A stretch of 64,000 bases of DNA from an uncultured Phycisphaeraceae bacterium (GCA_964405925.1 CAYOQG010000002.1:2132-66131), one strand, 5' to 3'; positions 39,824-49,081 are shown, numbered from the stretch's first letter. Program-made: numbers and translations. The notes: generated by a model from the sequence alone, not told the origin.

Positions 39824-39864
39824 TATCGTGCTCTCCAATCCAATCGTTCGCTTACATGCTAACA

Positions 39865-40467
39865 TCAGATTGGGGCCGGGTCAAGGCTCTGACCATTTTT
39901 TTCTGCGAGCGGTGTCCGGCGGACGAACACGGGGGCCGAAGCGGGTGGCGGCTTTCGGTATGCGTACCGGCGAAGACTCAGTACTGGTGCGAAGAGATAA
40001 GTGGCAATGCAGGCGATGTAGCCAAGATACGCGACCTCGACCGATTCCGGCCGGCCAAGTGACTGAAACAGGCAAGCGCAGCCCCAGAGCATGGCCTCGC
40101 AAGCGGTAAGGAGGGCCAGAATCGTCCCCTGGCCCGATCGGCCTGCGGCTTTCCTGCGGTTTGGGTGGCGGGACTGGAAGACCAGCAGTTCCTCCCTCGC
40201 AAGCTGGTTCACCGAGCGTTCGATCTCGTCAATGCGACGGAGGTGGTCTTCTTTCGCCCGAGCGTGGGCGACGGTGGTCGTCAGAAGCCATGCAAACGCC
40301 GCCGGTATCGGCTCTACCTGCTGTACGAGAGGGTGTACCGCAAACACATCTTGCTGTTCGCTTACGGATGCTGCAAAGTCAATCGCGGCACAGCCAGTAT
40401 CTTCACGTTCTGCGTACAAAGGGCCGGGGCGGCGAAATGACAACCACCCCGGTGCTGTGTTGGACAA
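39865..40467 (-). CDS. Hypothetical protein with C-terminal TM segments
   Basis: Hydrophobic stretches are ILALLTACEAMLWGCACLF and YLGYIACIATYLFAPVL. No family is recognised and coding status is uncertain. Confidence 0.45.
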   Translation of the reverse strand: MSNTAPGWLSFRRPGPLYAEREDTGCAAIDFAASVSEQQDVFAVHPLVQQVEPIPAAFAWLLTTTVAHARAKEDHLRRIDEIERSVNQLAREELLVFQSRHPNRRKAAGRSGQGTILALLTACEAMLWGCACLFQSLGRPESVEVAYLGYIACIATYLFAPVLSLRRYAYRKPPPASAPVFVRRTPLAEKNGQSLDPAPI

Positions 40468-40546
40468 TCGCAGCCCGCGCTACGAGCGCGATGACTTCTG
40501 CTCAGCCGACGCCGTGTCGGTCGGCTTCGCTGTCCGCTCAACTGCC

Positions 40547-41185
40547 TTATGACTCGGGGCCGTCTTGTCGGCCGCTTGGGCCTCCTTCTTCTTCGTGCTC
40601 TTGCTCGCCATCTCGGTCTTCGTGCAATGACCGTTCGTCATCGTCCACCTCTCTTTCTCTGGTTCCAAGAAGAACTTCCGCTCGCGAGTAGTACTTCCTC
40701 AAGGTGTCCCGCGAGCCTGCCCAGTAAATGCATGCAACTGCGAGAATCCCACAATCCAACGGGTCCAAGTCGGCGATCGGACGCCCAGCCACGACAAGGC
40801 GGGCCGCGAATAGAAAGAGCATGACAACCAGCATATTTGCGTAGAACTGGTAGTATCTGTAGTGATTGTCGATGAGGGCCTCGAACGCTCCCAGGCACTC
40901 CTGGAGCCTGGAGTCGTCCCAAGCAGGCCTTCGGATGCCGGTCACTTCGTGCAGGCGGTCGACGATTACCCAGCGAATAGTGCTGGCCGTGAGGCCTGCG
41001 ACCACCGACGCGAGGGTGACGTAAAGGAACCCCCCCACCGATGCTGAGTCGCCAGAGGCCACCGATGACGCGAGGAGCCACGCCCTCAGCGTCGGTGAGA
41101 AATGGCTGACGCCCCAGAGGCTGACGAAACCCGGCAGAACGAAAGCGATCAACAGACCGAAGTTCTTGCCCGAGACCTCCATCAC
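40547..41185 (-). CDS. Hypothetical multi-pass membrane protein with an acidic tail
   Basis: About four TM helices are visible (FGLLIAFVLPGFVSLWGV, FLYVTLASVVAGLTAS, ANMLVVMLFLFAARLVV, CGILAVACIYWAG). The C-terminus is EREVDDDERSLHEDRDGEQEHEEE. Confidence 0.6.
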   Translation of the reverse strand: MMEVSGKNFGLLIAFVLPGFVSLWGVSHFSPTLRAWLLASSVASGDSASVGGFLYVTLASVVAGLTASTIRWVIVDRLHEVTGIRRPAWDDSRLQECLGAFEALIDNHYRYYQFYANMLVVMLFLFAARLVVAGRPIADLDPLDCGILAVACIYWAGSRDTLRKYYSRAEVLLGTREREVDDDERSLHEDRDGEQEHEEEGGPSGRQDGPES

Positions 41186-41340
41186 GGCCGCCCTCCTTCG
41201 GGCAACCGGTAAGCACCTGACTGAAACAAGCGGCCGTCAACGGGCGTCTCCTCGCGGCGGTGACGGTCAGGCCGTCTCCTCCGTACGTACGATTTTATGC
41301 ATATTAAATCAGACATCAACCCCAAAAAAAGAAAGTTGGT

Positions 41341-41607
41341 TCAATCCGCGGGACGACGGATCGGCGGCGGGCCCGGGAGGATCCAAATCCGGCCCGACTC
41401 GCCCGTTTCCGAGTCTTGAAAGTACAGGTCGACACCTTCCTCTCTGGCCTTAAGCAGATCGTTGTAGACCATTATGGCCTCGCGGATTACCTCCGCGACG
41501 GATTCCTTGCCCGTGAGGCTCTGCAGCCGTTTGAGGTCCTTCAGCCCCTCGTTCGGGAGCCACAGGGTGAATCGGGTCTTCTTCGCTCCGGCTCTTCGTG
41601 GGCTCAT
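41341..41607 (-). CDS. Ribbon-helix-helix (CopG/Arc-like) protein
   Basis: KTRFTLWLPNEGLKDLKRLQSLTGKESVAEVIREAIMVY follows the RHH beta-alpha-alpha pattern. Confidence 0.6.
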   Translation of the reverse strand: MSPRRAGAKKTRFTLWLPNEGLKDLKRLQSLTGKESVAEVIREAIMVYNDLLKAREEGVDLYFQDSETGESGRIWILPGPPPIRRPAD

Positions 41608-41786
41608 GCCTCAACTCCCGTTGGCAATGGATATGCAAATGATATGCATTTTCGCCCGACCGTACAAGCCACACGCGACGACCGTGCAAAGCACTGTGCG
41701 ACCGACGGGGGGATCACCCGGGAGGTGGTCCGTTCCAGGATGAAGAGAGGTCCGGTGGTGCGTGAACCTTTCTTCGTTGCGTACAA

Positions 41787-41897
41787 ATGGTCAATAGACC
41801 CCTCCTTCTGTTTGTGGCTGTGCTCCCAGAGCGCGGTCAGCGACGGGAAGCTCTCGTCGGGTCTGCGGCGAAACAACTCGTTGTGGGCGCGCCCTCG
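41787..41897 (-). pseudogene. N-terminal fragment of a DUF932-like gene (paralogue of 58473..59183)
   Basis: RAHNELFRRRPDESFPSLTALWEHSHKQKEGSID aligns with RAHNELFRRGPDERFDSLVDLWQHCHDEKERSVD of the intact copy, and the nucleotide similarity is also visible. There is no start codon in frame and homology is lost after ~37 codons. Confidence 0.6.
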
Positions 41898-42149
41898 TGC
41901 ACCAGAAGGCTGGTGCCTGACACGCCCCGCGCGTGAGAAAACGCCAGCATGAGCTGACAATTGCTGCGCGGTACGGTAGGAATGCGGAGCGGGTCTTGAA
42001 CCCGTGGTCGTCACGAACGTCAACACGTTGCCGTGGCGCCGTACAAATGGGCGGCATCACTCGGTAAACCCGGCCTCACCAGCCGGGCTAAGAGAGCGGT
42101 CTCACCAACCGCTACGGTGCTACCCGTAGAGCCGGACCGCGTCGAGAGG

Positions 42150-44574
42150 GTGCGCCGTGGTGCGCACCGAGTGAATTCCCGAGTAAATCGGGTGGAGTTC
42201 AGGGACGGACTCCGAGGCGAACCAGCTTACCTGGAGCCGAAAGGTGATGGGGACAAGAGCATGCTGGTGAAGCGGAGGGCGCCGGAAGGCGTGTATGGAG
42301 TCGCTCCGCAACGCCTGAGCGATAAGGTTAAGGCTGGATTGCTTGAACCCCAATGTCCAGCGGTAGAAGCGCAGACCCGTCGGCAGCACGCTTGAGGCCG
42401 GCGCCGCCGACAGCCACGGAATCCGCCTCTCATCCGTGGTAGTCCCTGGTTGGCGGGCGATGCGCAGTGAGCGCATCCAAGGGCATGAGTGGGGAACCTA
42501 CGTCGCTCTAGAACGTTCCTCGGTGACGAAACACGGGATCGCCTAAGGGGCGCGAGCCCTAAGGTGACGGAGTCCTCGTAGTAGTCGTGGGAGTAACGCC
42601 CCGCCAGGGAGAACGGGAAAGCCGTTCACAGGGCGAAGGGGGACAGGTAGTTGTGATGTCAGATCCATGAGGTACGCGAGATGCGGACAGCCGAAACGGT
42701 ACTGAACATCCTACGTGAGAGGGCAACGTGGTTTGCCCGTGGAAGGGCTGTATCGACAGCTCTACCGAACTGACCTGTACCTGCGTGCCTACGCGAAGCT
42801 ATATGCGAACGACGGCGCGCTGACAGCAGGCGTAACGGAAGAAACGGTGGACGGGATGTCGCTGGCGAAGATTGACGCCATCATCGTGGCACTACGGCGC
42901 GAGGCCTATCGCTGGACGCCGGTGCGGCGGACGTATATCCCGAAGAAAAACGGCAAGTTGCGGCCGTTGGGTATGCCGACTTGGAGCGACAAGCTTCTTC
43001 AGGAAGTGATACGTTCGCTCCTGGAGGCGTACTACGAGCCGCAGTTCAGCCATCGCTCACACGGTTTCCGTCCGGGACGCGGCTGTCATACGGCGCTTCG
43101 GGAGATACAAACGAATGGGACAGGAACCAAGTGGTTTATTGAAGGCGACCTATCAAAGTGCTTCGATCGCATCGATCACTCGGTGCTGATGAGCATTCTC
43201 GCCGAGCGAATCCACGATAACCGGTTCCTTCGCCTGATTCGCAATCTCCTGGACGCCGGATACTTGGAGGACTGGCAGTTCAACGCCACTTATAGCGGAG
43301 TGCCGCAAGGTGGTGTGATCAGCCCGTTACTTTCAAATCTGGTACTGGACAAGTTGGACGAGTTCGTCGAGACGAAGCTGATCCCGGCATACACACGGGG
43401 CCACCGCAGGAAGACCTACGCTCCTTATGTCGCGCTGACCGTTGCGGCGTCGCGGGCGCGGAAACGCGGGGATCATGAACGGGCCAAAACGCTCATGCGC
43501 GAGGCTCGACGGCTTCCCTCCAGGAAGCCGGAAGACCCCAACTACCGGCGCCTGTGGTACGTGCGGTATGCCGACGACTTCCTGCTCGGACTCATCGGCC
43601 CGAAGGCCGAGGCAGAAGAGATCAAGCGGAAACTCGCCTCGTATTTACGTGACGAGTTGAAGCTTGAACTCAACAGGGACAAGACGCTCATCACGCATGC
43701 GCGGGATGGGCGGGCGAAGTTCCTGGGGTACGAGGTGCATACGATGCACGCCGACGATCAGCGCGACCTTCGTGGTCAGCGTGGCATCAACGGCGGTATC
43801 GGGCTGCGCGTCCCGCGACACGTGATTAACGAGCATTGTGCTCGGTATATGCGACGCGGGAAGCCGGCGCACCTGCCTGAGCGACTGAACGACAGTGCAT
43901 ACAGCATGATCGTTCGCTATCAGGCAGAGTACGGAGGCCTCGTGCAGTATTACCGGCTGGCGTACAACCTGCATACGCTTCAGCGATTGAAGTGGGTCAT
44001 GGAGGTGTCGCTGGTCAAGACGCTGGCCAACAAGTTCCGCACGACCGCCCGGAAGGTTTACCGGCGGTTTGGAACGCGCCTGGAAACACCGGACGGCACG
44101 TACAAGGTGCTGCAGGTGGAGGCGCCGCGTGGCCCCGGCAAAGAGCCGTTACGGGCTCATTGGGGGGCCATCCCGTTGAAGCGGAACCCCTGGGCGGCGG
44201 TCTGCGAATCCGAGCGGAAGATTTGGAGCGGTCGTAGCGAGTTGCTGGAACGGCTGTTGGCGCAGAAATGCGAGCTTTGTGGTGGACCGGATGATATCGA
44301 AGTCCATCATATTCGAAAGCTCGCCGATGTGCGCAAGAAAGGCCGCTCCCGGCCCAAGTGGATGGAAATCATGGCGGCACGCCGGCGTAAGACTCTCGTG
44401 GTCTGTCGGGCGTGTCATGATGAAATCCATCATGGGCGCTACGACGGAGCTGCGGTCGCGTAGTGCAACTACTGGAGAGCCGGGTGATAAGGAAACTATC
44501 ACGCCCGGTTCGGAGGAGAGGTGTTGGAAAAGCGTCCCGATGCACGGGGATGGCTCGCTGGCATCTTATCCTAC
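42150..44574 (+). mobile_element. Group II intron 1 (RT/maturase/HNH-encoding)
   Basis: The 5' end is GTGCGCCGTGG at 42150. Domain V is at 44477..44511 (GAGCCGGGUGAUAAGGAAACUAUCACGCCCGGUUC). The DVI-like 3' end is ...CAUCUUAUCCUAC at 44574. The intron is collinear with intron 3 in domain I. Confidence 0.8.
42715..44463 (+). CDS. Group II intron reverse transcriptase/maturase with a C-terminal HNH endonuclease domain
   Basis: RT motifs are present (KKNGKLRPLGMPTWSDKLLQ, GVPQGGVISPLLSN, YVRYADDFLL). The maturase X region is YGGLVQYYRLAYN. The HNH domain is CELCGG...VHHIRKL...CRACHDEIHHG. It shares the run YRWTPVRRTYIPKKNGKLRPLGMPTWSDKLLQEVIRSLLEAYYEPQFS with the RT at 56155..57963. The tracked start is a GTG, and the expected ATG (42681) is in another frame. 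Confidence 0.85.
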   Translation: MRGQRGLPVEGLYRQLYRTDLYLRAYAKLYANDGALTAGVTEETVDGMSLAKIDAIIVALRREAYRWTPVRRTYIPKKNGKLRPLGMPTWSDKLLQEVIRSLLEAYYEPQFSHRSHGFRPGRGCHTALREIQTNGTGTKWFIEGDLSKCFDRIDHSVLMSILAERIHDNRFLRLIRNLLDAGYLEDWQFNATYSGVPQGGVISPLLSNLVLDKLDEFVETKLIPAYTRGHRRKTYAPYVALTVAASRARKRGDHERAKTLMREARRLPSRKPEDPNYRRLWYVRYADDFLLGLIGPKAEAEEIKRKLASYLRDELKLELNRDKTLITHARDGRAKFLGYEVHTMHADDQRDLRGQRGINGGIGLRVPRHVINEHCARYMRRGKPAHLPERLNDSAYSMIVRYQAEYGGLVQYYRLAYNLHTLQRLKWVMEVSLVKTLANKFRTTARKVYRRFGTRLETPDGTYKVLQVEAPRGPGKEPLRAHWGAIPLKRNPWAAVCESERKIWSGRSELLERLLAQKCELCGGPDDIEVHHIRKLADVRKKGRSRPKWMEIMAARRRKTLVVCRACHDEIHHGRYDGAAVA

Positions 44575-44738
44575 CGCTTATCCGGTTCGACGGAGGCTCT
44601 GCAGAGTAATCCCGTCTTTCGGAGTAATCCTGCAGTTCTATCCGATATGCGAATGACATTTTGAACCGGGGCGACGGAGACACGCCTCGTCGAGCCGTGA
44701 GGTCTTGCGGAACGACGAGGTCGTAGCAGTTGAAGTAG

Positions 44739-47321
44739 GTGCGTCTCGACGCTTCGAGACAAATCCTGCCAAGGGGGTTCGGGCCGAAGCCCACTTCGCG
44801 TGGGCCCACTCGGGTGGAAGGCTCGTCAGGTTCGTTCAACCTCTGCCAGCGTGGGGAGTTCGCAGCGTGGTGACGCGCGCGACCGGGCTTGGACCAAGCT
44901 CGGGGACCCTCGTCAAGCACGAGGGCTACGAAAAGCTCAGGGCGCGGCGCTAGGCCGCGTGGCAATGTTGGCGAGAGCCAACCTGGATTGGAGGAAAATC
45001 CAGTCCTCACCCCAGCGAAGTTCGGCGATTGCCAGCCGAACGGGCAATAGCTTCTGGGGGACAACGGCGAGTCGTGCGGGGAAGCTATCTCCCCAAGATG
45101 CGAACGTCGTGGATAGCTGATATGGCTAGCCGGTTATTGGCAAACTCGAGGTTCCTAGAATTCGCTGAACACGCTCGACGCTCAGGCGATAACGATAGCA
45201 AATGGAGCGTGGAGGACGAAGCGGACGGGTCGTTGAGCTTACTCGTCCCTCGTATGGCTTCGGTCATGCGGGCGCTCGGTGGTTCCTCAACATCACCATC
45301 GAGCCAGTTCTCAAGCGCGGTACGCCGCGTCAAGGAACCGGAAGAGAGTCTAAGTCAGCGGGCAAATTGCCACGCGAGCAACGCCGGAACCCGACGGTGC
45401 TTCCTCGATTAGGCGAGGATAGGTCGGTAGATGACCAATGCATCGTTCGGGGGCAGCGAGACCGTAGTACTCAGAGACGGTAGGACCGATCACATGGGGA
45501 AGGGTCTCAGGTTCAGTGGTTCCAGATGATTTGGAAACGGGCGGCTGTAGGCCGCCGAACATGGAGGACCATGATCGACGTAACCAAAGAAATGGAACAT
45601 CTGTTTCGCTTGTCGAAACGCGAGCCCGGCAAGCGTTTCAACCGGCTCTGGGCCGTCGTGACGGCGCCGGAGTGGTTGACGCACGCTTGGGCGCAGATCC
45701 GGGGTAACCGGGGCAGCCGAACGGCCGGTATCGATGGCGATACGGCCGCCGGCATCGACCCGGCCCGGATCGACTCGTTATCCAGAAGTCTGCAGGCGGG
45801 CACGTACCGGCCAAATCCGGTGCGTCGCGTCTACATTCCGAAGGGCAACGGGAAGTTGAGGCCGTTGGGAATCCCGACGATCGAAGATCGCATAGTGCAG
45901 CAGGCCTTGCGCATGGTGCTCGAACCGATCTTCGAAGCGGACTTTCTCGACTGCTCTCATGGCTTCCGTAGGAAACGGAGTGTTCATACGGCGTTACATG
46001 ACGTCGCGGTGGCGTACCCTCGCACGAGTTGGATCGTCGAGGGCGACATCGTCGGATGCTTCGATAACATTCCGCACGGAAAGCTATTGGAAGCAGTGCG
46101 CCGCCGCGTGGCGGACGTGAAGGTTGTCAGCCTGATCGGGCGTTTTCTCAAGGCTGGGTATATGGAGGATTGGGTGTATCACAGGACGTATAGTGGGACG
46201 CCGCAAGGAGGCATCGTTAGCCCGCTACTGTGCAACATCTTCCTCCACCAACTGGATGAGTTCATGGCCCGGGAGCTTGAGGCGAATCGACGGCAGACCG
46301 CTCGGGAGGCCTCTCGGCGTGTGTCGAAGGGGTACCAGCGTGTCAGCCGCGAGCTTCGCAAGCGGCGCATGCAATTGAAGCGGGCGTCACGCGCGGAGCG
46401 TCGAGTGCTTCTGGATGAACTCGGCCAGTGGGAGAAGCAGCAGCGACGAGAGCCGTACTTCACGGAACGCCATCCGTGCAAGTTTGGCTACGTGCGCTAT
46501 GCCGATGATTTTGTCGTGATGGTCAACGGCACCAAGGAGGACGCCGAGGCCGTGAAGCGACAAGTAACGGACAAACTGGAGTCGATGGGACTGACGCTCA
46601 GTGATGAGAAAACTAAGCTCACCCACTGGCGAAATCCCGTGACGTTCCTGGGTTTTAACGTCCAGGGACGGCCACGACCGAAGGGCGTCCAGATTACGGC
46701 CATCTTCTCAATCCCACCGGAGAAAGAACGTCAGGTTCTTCGGGAGATCAAGACGGTCTGTAGTTGGAACCAGTTGCCGGAAGCCGACGTGATGTGTCGC
46801 GTCGGCGCGATCTACCGGGGCTGGTGCAACTACTACCGGTTCGCCAGCGGACCGCAGAGCGTGTTCAGCCGCGTGTCGTATCAGGCCTGGTGGCATTATG
46901 TGCGTTATTTGGCGCGTAAGCGCCATGCGCGCATTCCCCAGGTCCTTCGGCACGAGAAACGTGCTGGGCGCCTGCGCACGCTGACGGTGAAGGGACGTAC
47001 GGTGCAGACATTCCATACGAAGTCGGACGGTAAGGACTACTCTCTGAACATTGTTCCTCCAACCACGAGGAGCATTTGGATGGTACCCAAGCCAGACGGC
47101 TGGAATGTCGACCTGCGGCCTCTTCCACCCGATGAGTGGACCCGTTGGCAATACCGGATGAAGCGTTCGACAAACTGGCCACCGCCGACACGTGGGGCGA
47201 TGGTCGAGAGCAGTAATTGGACTGGAGCGCCGGATGCGCGGAAACGTGCTTGTCCGGTGCGGGAAGGGCTGCATGAAAACCAAGCTTCGTGAGAAGTCCA
47301 GGCGTCATGCTTCCACTTCAT
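44739..47321 (+). mobile_element. Group II intron 2 (different lineage; the RT lacks an obvious HNH domain)
   Basis: The 5' end GTGCGTCTCGACGCTTCGAGAC is at 44739. Domain V is at 47227..47260 (GCGCCGGAUGCGCG-GAAA-CGUGCUUGUCCGGUGC, with a CGC triad). The DVI helix is GGGAAG/CUUCC-A-C with a bulged A at 47315. The 3' end is estimated at 47321 (+/-2). The boundaries were hand-folded. Confidence 0.6.
45526..47292 (+). CDS. Group II intron reverse transcriptase/maturase
   Basis: RT motifs include GIDGDTAAGID, KGNGKLRPLGIPTIEDRIVQQAL, GTPQGGIVSPLLCNIFL and YVRYADDFVV. The maturase region is YRGWCNYYRFAS. The C-terminal codons overlap domain V. The start may be M at 45571 or 45592. Confidence 0.85.
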   Translation: MIWKRAAVGRRTWRTMIDVTKEMEHLFRLSKREPGKRFNRLWAVVTAPEWLTHAWAQIRGNRGSRTAGIDGDTAAGIDPARIDSLSRSLQAGTYRPNPVRRVYIPKGNGKLRPLGIPTIEDRIVQQALRMVLEPIFEADFLDCSHGFRRKRSVHTALHDVAVAYPRTSWIVEGDIVGCFDNIPHGKLLEAVRRRVADVKVVSLIGRFLKAGYMEDWVYHRTYSGTPQGGIVSPLLCNIFLHQLDEFMARELEANRRQTAREASRRVSKGYQRVSRELRKRRMQLKRASRAERRVLLDELGQWEKQQRREPYFTERHPCKFGYVRYADDFVVMVNGTKEDAEAVKRQVTDKLESMGLTLSDEKTKLTHWRNPVTFLGFNVQGRPRPKGVQITAIFSIPPEKERQVLREIKTVCSWNQLPEADVMCRVGAIYRGWCNYYRFASGPQSVFSRVSYQAWWHYVRYLARKRHARIPQVLRHEKRAGRLRTLTVKGRTVQTFHTKSDGKDYSLNIVPPTTRSIWMVPKPDGWNVDLRPLPPDEWTRWQYRMKRSTNWPPPTRGAMVESSNWTGAPDARKRACPVREGLHENQAS

Positions 47322-47974
47322 ACCATGAAAGGCCCGCAAGGGCTTGCTGGTCATGCCAAGCAGAGACGGTGCCAAACCGCGAACAATCTGTGTCGAAGGG
47401 TAAGCGGAGCTTCTTGTTTCGTACGCTGAAATCATGAGGTGGCACAGCCACTTGGCTGACCGCTCATGGAAACTATGCCGTCGCGGAAGCACGGACATAC
47501 GACGCAGACCCGGCCGGTAACACGGTCTAGCAACGTGACTGATTGGTGGACAACTGCTGCTAATCCGGGAAGCTCTGCAGCCGCCGGGGTCGTGCCCGGT
47601 GCGCGACACTTGCGCTTGCTCGCAAGAGGTCGGTCGCGTGATTCAAACGCTGCAGAGTGGGAGTGTGGCTCAAGTAGAAGTCCCGAGGAGTCGGGAGCGG
47701 ATTCCGCTGCAAGGCAGTGGCGGGCCGTTTGTGCGTCCGGGTGGTGCCGGATGCGTGGCAACAACGAAAGGGCTGACGGGTATTGATAGCTCGTTTGTAC
47801 GGTGTGCCGGTGCGGAATCGATCCGCAGCGGTCTTCTGGCGAGGTGGTTATGTGGTCACACGCGACCGGCGCGGGAGCGCTGGCCGCATGTGGCGATGTA
47901 CTGACGGTGATAGCCGACGTGCGCCTTGCGCATGCTGGCTGATCGTGTGGTGCTTCGCGCTGCTTCTTATTACT

Positions 47975-48011
47975 GGGCGCGGTCAACTTGGAAACAAGTG
48001 TGACCGCGCCC
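47975..48011 (+). other. Long near-perfect hairpin (16 bp, one bulge, GAAA loop)
   Basis: GGGCGCGGTCAACTTG-GAAA-CAAGT(G)TGACCGCGCCC. There is no T-tract. It lies at the end of a ~650-nt ORF-poor stretch and just upstream of the 48083 operon. Confidence 0.5.
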
Positions 48012-48082
48012 GGTCTGCTGCGCGGGGCGCGTAAGGAATGGCAGTTTGGAAGGAGGTTTCTCGTGTACGACGGAGGATAATC

Positions 48083-48292
48083 ATGGGTTGGTGGAAAACG
48101 GTAAACGGCGGCGTGATCGGTGATCCGGCCGCGGACTACATCGAGCGGCTTGCGAGCATGGAGCTGGTTTTCGTCGAGCCGGCCGACTTACCCTGGAAGG
48201 TACGGGAGTGCCTGGCGGCGCTCTACCTGGAGGGCATCGGTCGGCCGCCGACGGACGACGACCTGCGCGCATTGCTCTCGTTCTGCGGGTGA
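48083..48292 (+). CDS. Hypothetical small protein (69 aa)
   Basis: An RBS (cggaggataatc) precedes ATG 48083, and the sequence is protein-like (MGWWKTVNGGVIGDPAADYIERLASMEL...). Confidence 0.5.
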   Translation: MGWWKTVNGGVIGDPAADYIERLASMELVFVEPADLPWKVRECLAALYLEGIGRPPTDDDLRALLSFCG

Positions 48293-48349
48293 GCCGATTG
48301 CTGAAGGTTGGTCGTGCACCAACAAGGTTGAAACGCGGCTTTCGGGATT

Positions 48350-49081
48350 GTGCCGATGAACAATCCCACCTTGTTGATGCAGGAATCTCGGGTCGAGATA
48401 ATGGGGAAGAAGCGAGCTGAATACCGATGCGTTGCGACCTCTATCGAAGGGTTCGTGCAGCAGGTTGCTGTGCAGTACTTGCGGCACGGGTACTGGTTCT
48501 ACGTGGCCGGACGTGTTCCGGACTACAAGGACCCGCGGGCTGTCGACGCCAAGCTCATCAAGAAGTACGGCATCGATGTGTCGCGTTCCGAGCGAGCACG
48601 TCGCAAACGAGCCGGCTTGGCAAACATGCAGTACATCTGTCATGATCGCTTTTTCCTCCTCATGGCTACGCACGGCCAGCACCGCTTCTTCGAAGAAGAG
48701 GCCGACGAGATCCGCGACGCCCGCCGCGTGTCCATCAAGTACGCCGGCTACAGCCTGTCGTTCCGCAACGGTCGGGTGTGTGTGCGTATCGACCAAGAGG
48801 AATACAAGCGGCTCAAGTCCCTGATGCTCGACCTGGCCTGCCGGCGAACTGCGGACAGGCTCGCATCTACGTTCTGGTCAATACCGTATGAGCCTTATGC
48901 GCCGGTCCGGCAGCAGCTCTTACAGATCTGGCGAGCCGTAAACCGAGCTCGGAACGAGGCGGGTTGCCGACGGGTGCCTATCGAATGCGTGCGCTGGAAG
49001 CGGCGTACGGTGAGGGCGTTTGAGGAGCCGGCTCGCGTGCAGACTGTGGAAGAGTCTTCAAACCTGGAGCAAGCTGCGTGA
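48350..49081 (+). CDS. Hypothetical element protein (243 aa), family not recognised
   Basis: The composition is well balanced, for example WFYVAGRVPDYKDPRAVDAKLIKKYGIDVSRSERARRKRAGLANMQYICHDRFFLLMATHG. There is a 4-nt overlap with the next ORF. Confidence 0.65.
   Translation: MPMNNPTLLMQESRVEIMGKKRAEYRCVATSIEGFVQQVAVQYLRHGYWFYVAGRVPDYKDPRAVDAKLIKKYGIDVSRSERARRKRAGLANMQYICHDRFFLLMATHGQHRFFEEEADEIRDARRVSIKYAGYSLSFRNGRVCVRIDQEEYKRLKSLMLDLACRRTADRLASTFWSIPYEPYAPVRQQLLQIWRAVNRARNEAGCRRVPIECVRWKRRTVRAFEEPARVQTVEESSNLEQAA

Larger units (their letters stand above)
42129..44646 (+). mobile_element. 3' stump (domains V-VI) of a decayed group II intron, split by intron 1
   Basis: 42129..42149 plus 44575..44588 join to GAGCCGGACCGCGUCGAGAGG|CGCUUAUCCGGUUC, which folds as a domain V: an 8-bp lower helix, a 5-bp upper helix and a GAGA loop. 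A DVI-like CUGCAG...CUGCAG hairpin follows and ends ...UAUCCGAU at about 44646. No RT or domain I lies upstream. Confidence 0.5.

Noticed and set aside
47599-47900. A GTGCGCGAC... sequence considered as the 5' end of a fourth intron
   Set aside because: GTGCG alone is weak evidence in GC-rich DNA. I could not align the following sequence to domain I of the other introns, and no domain V or RT follows.
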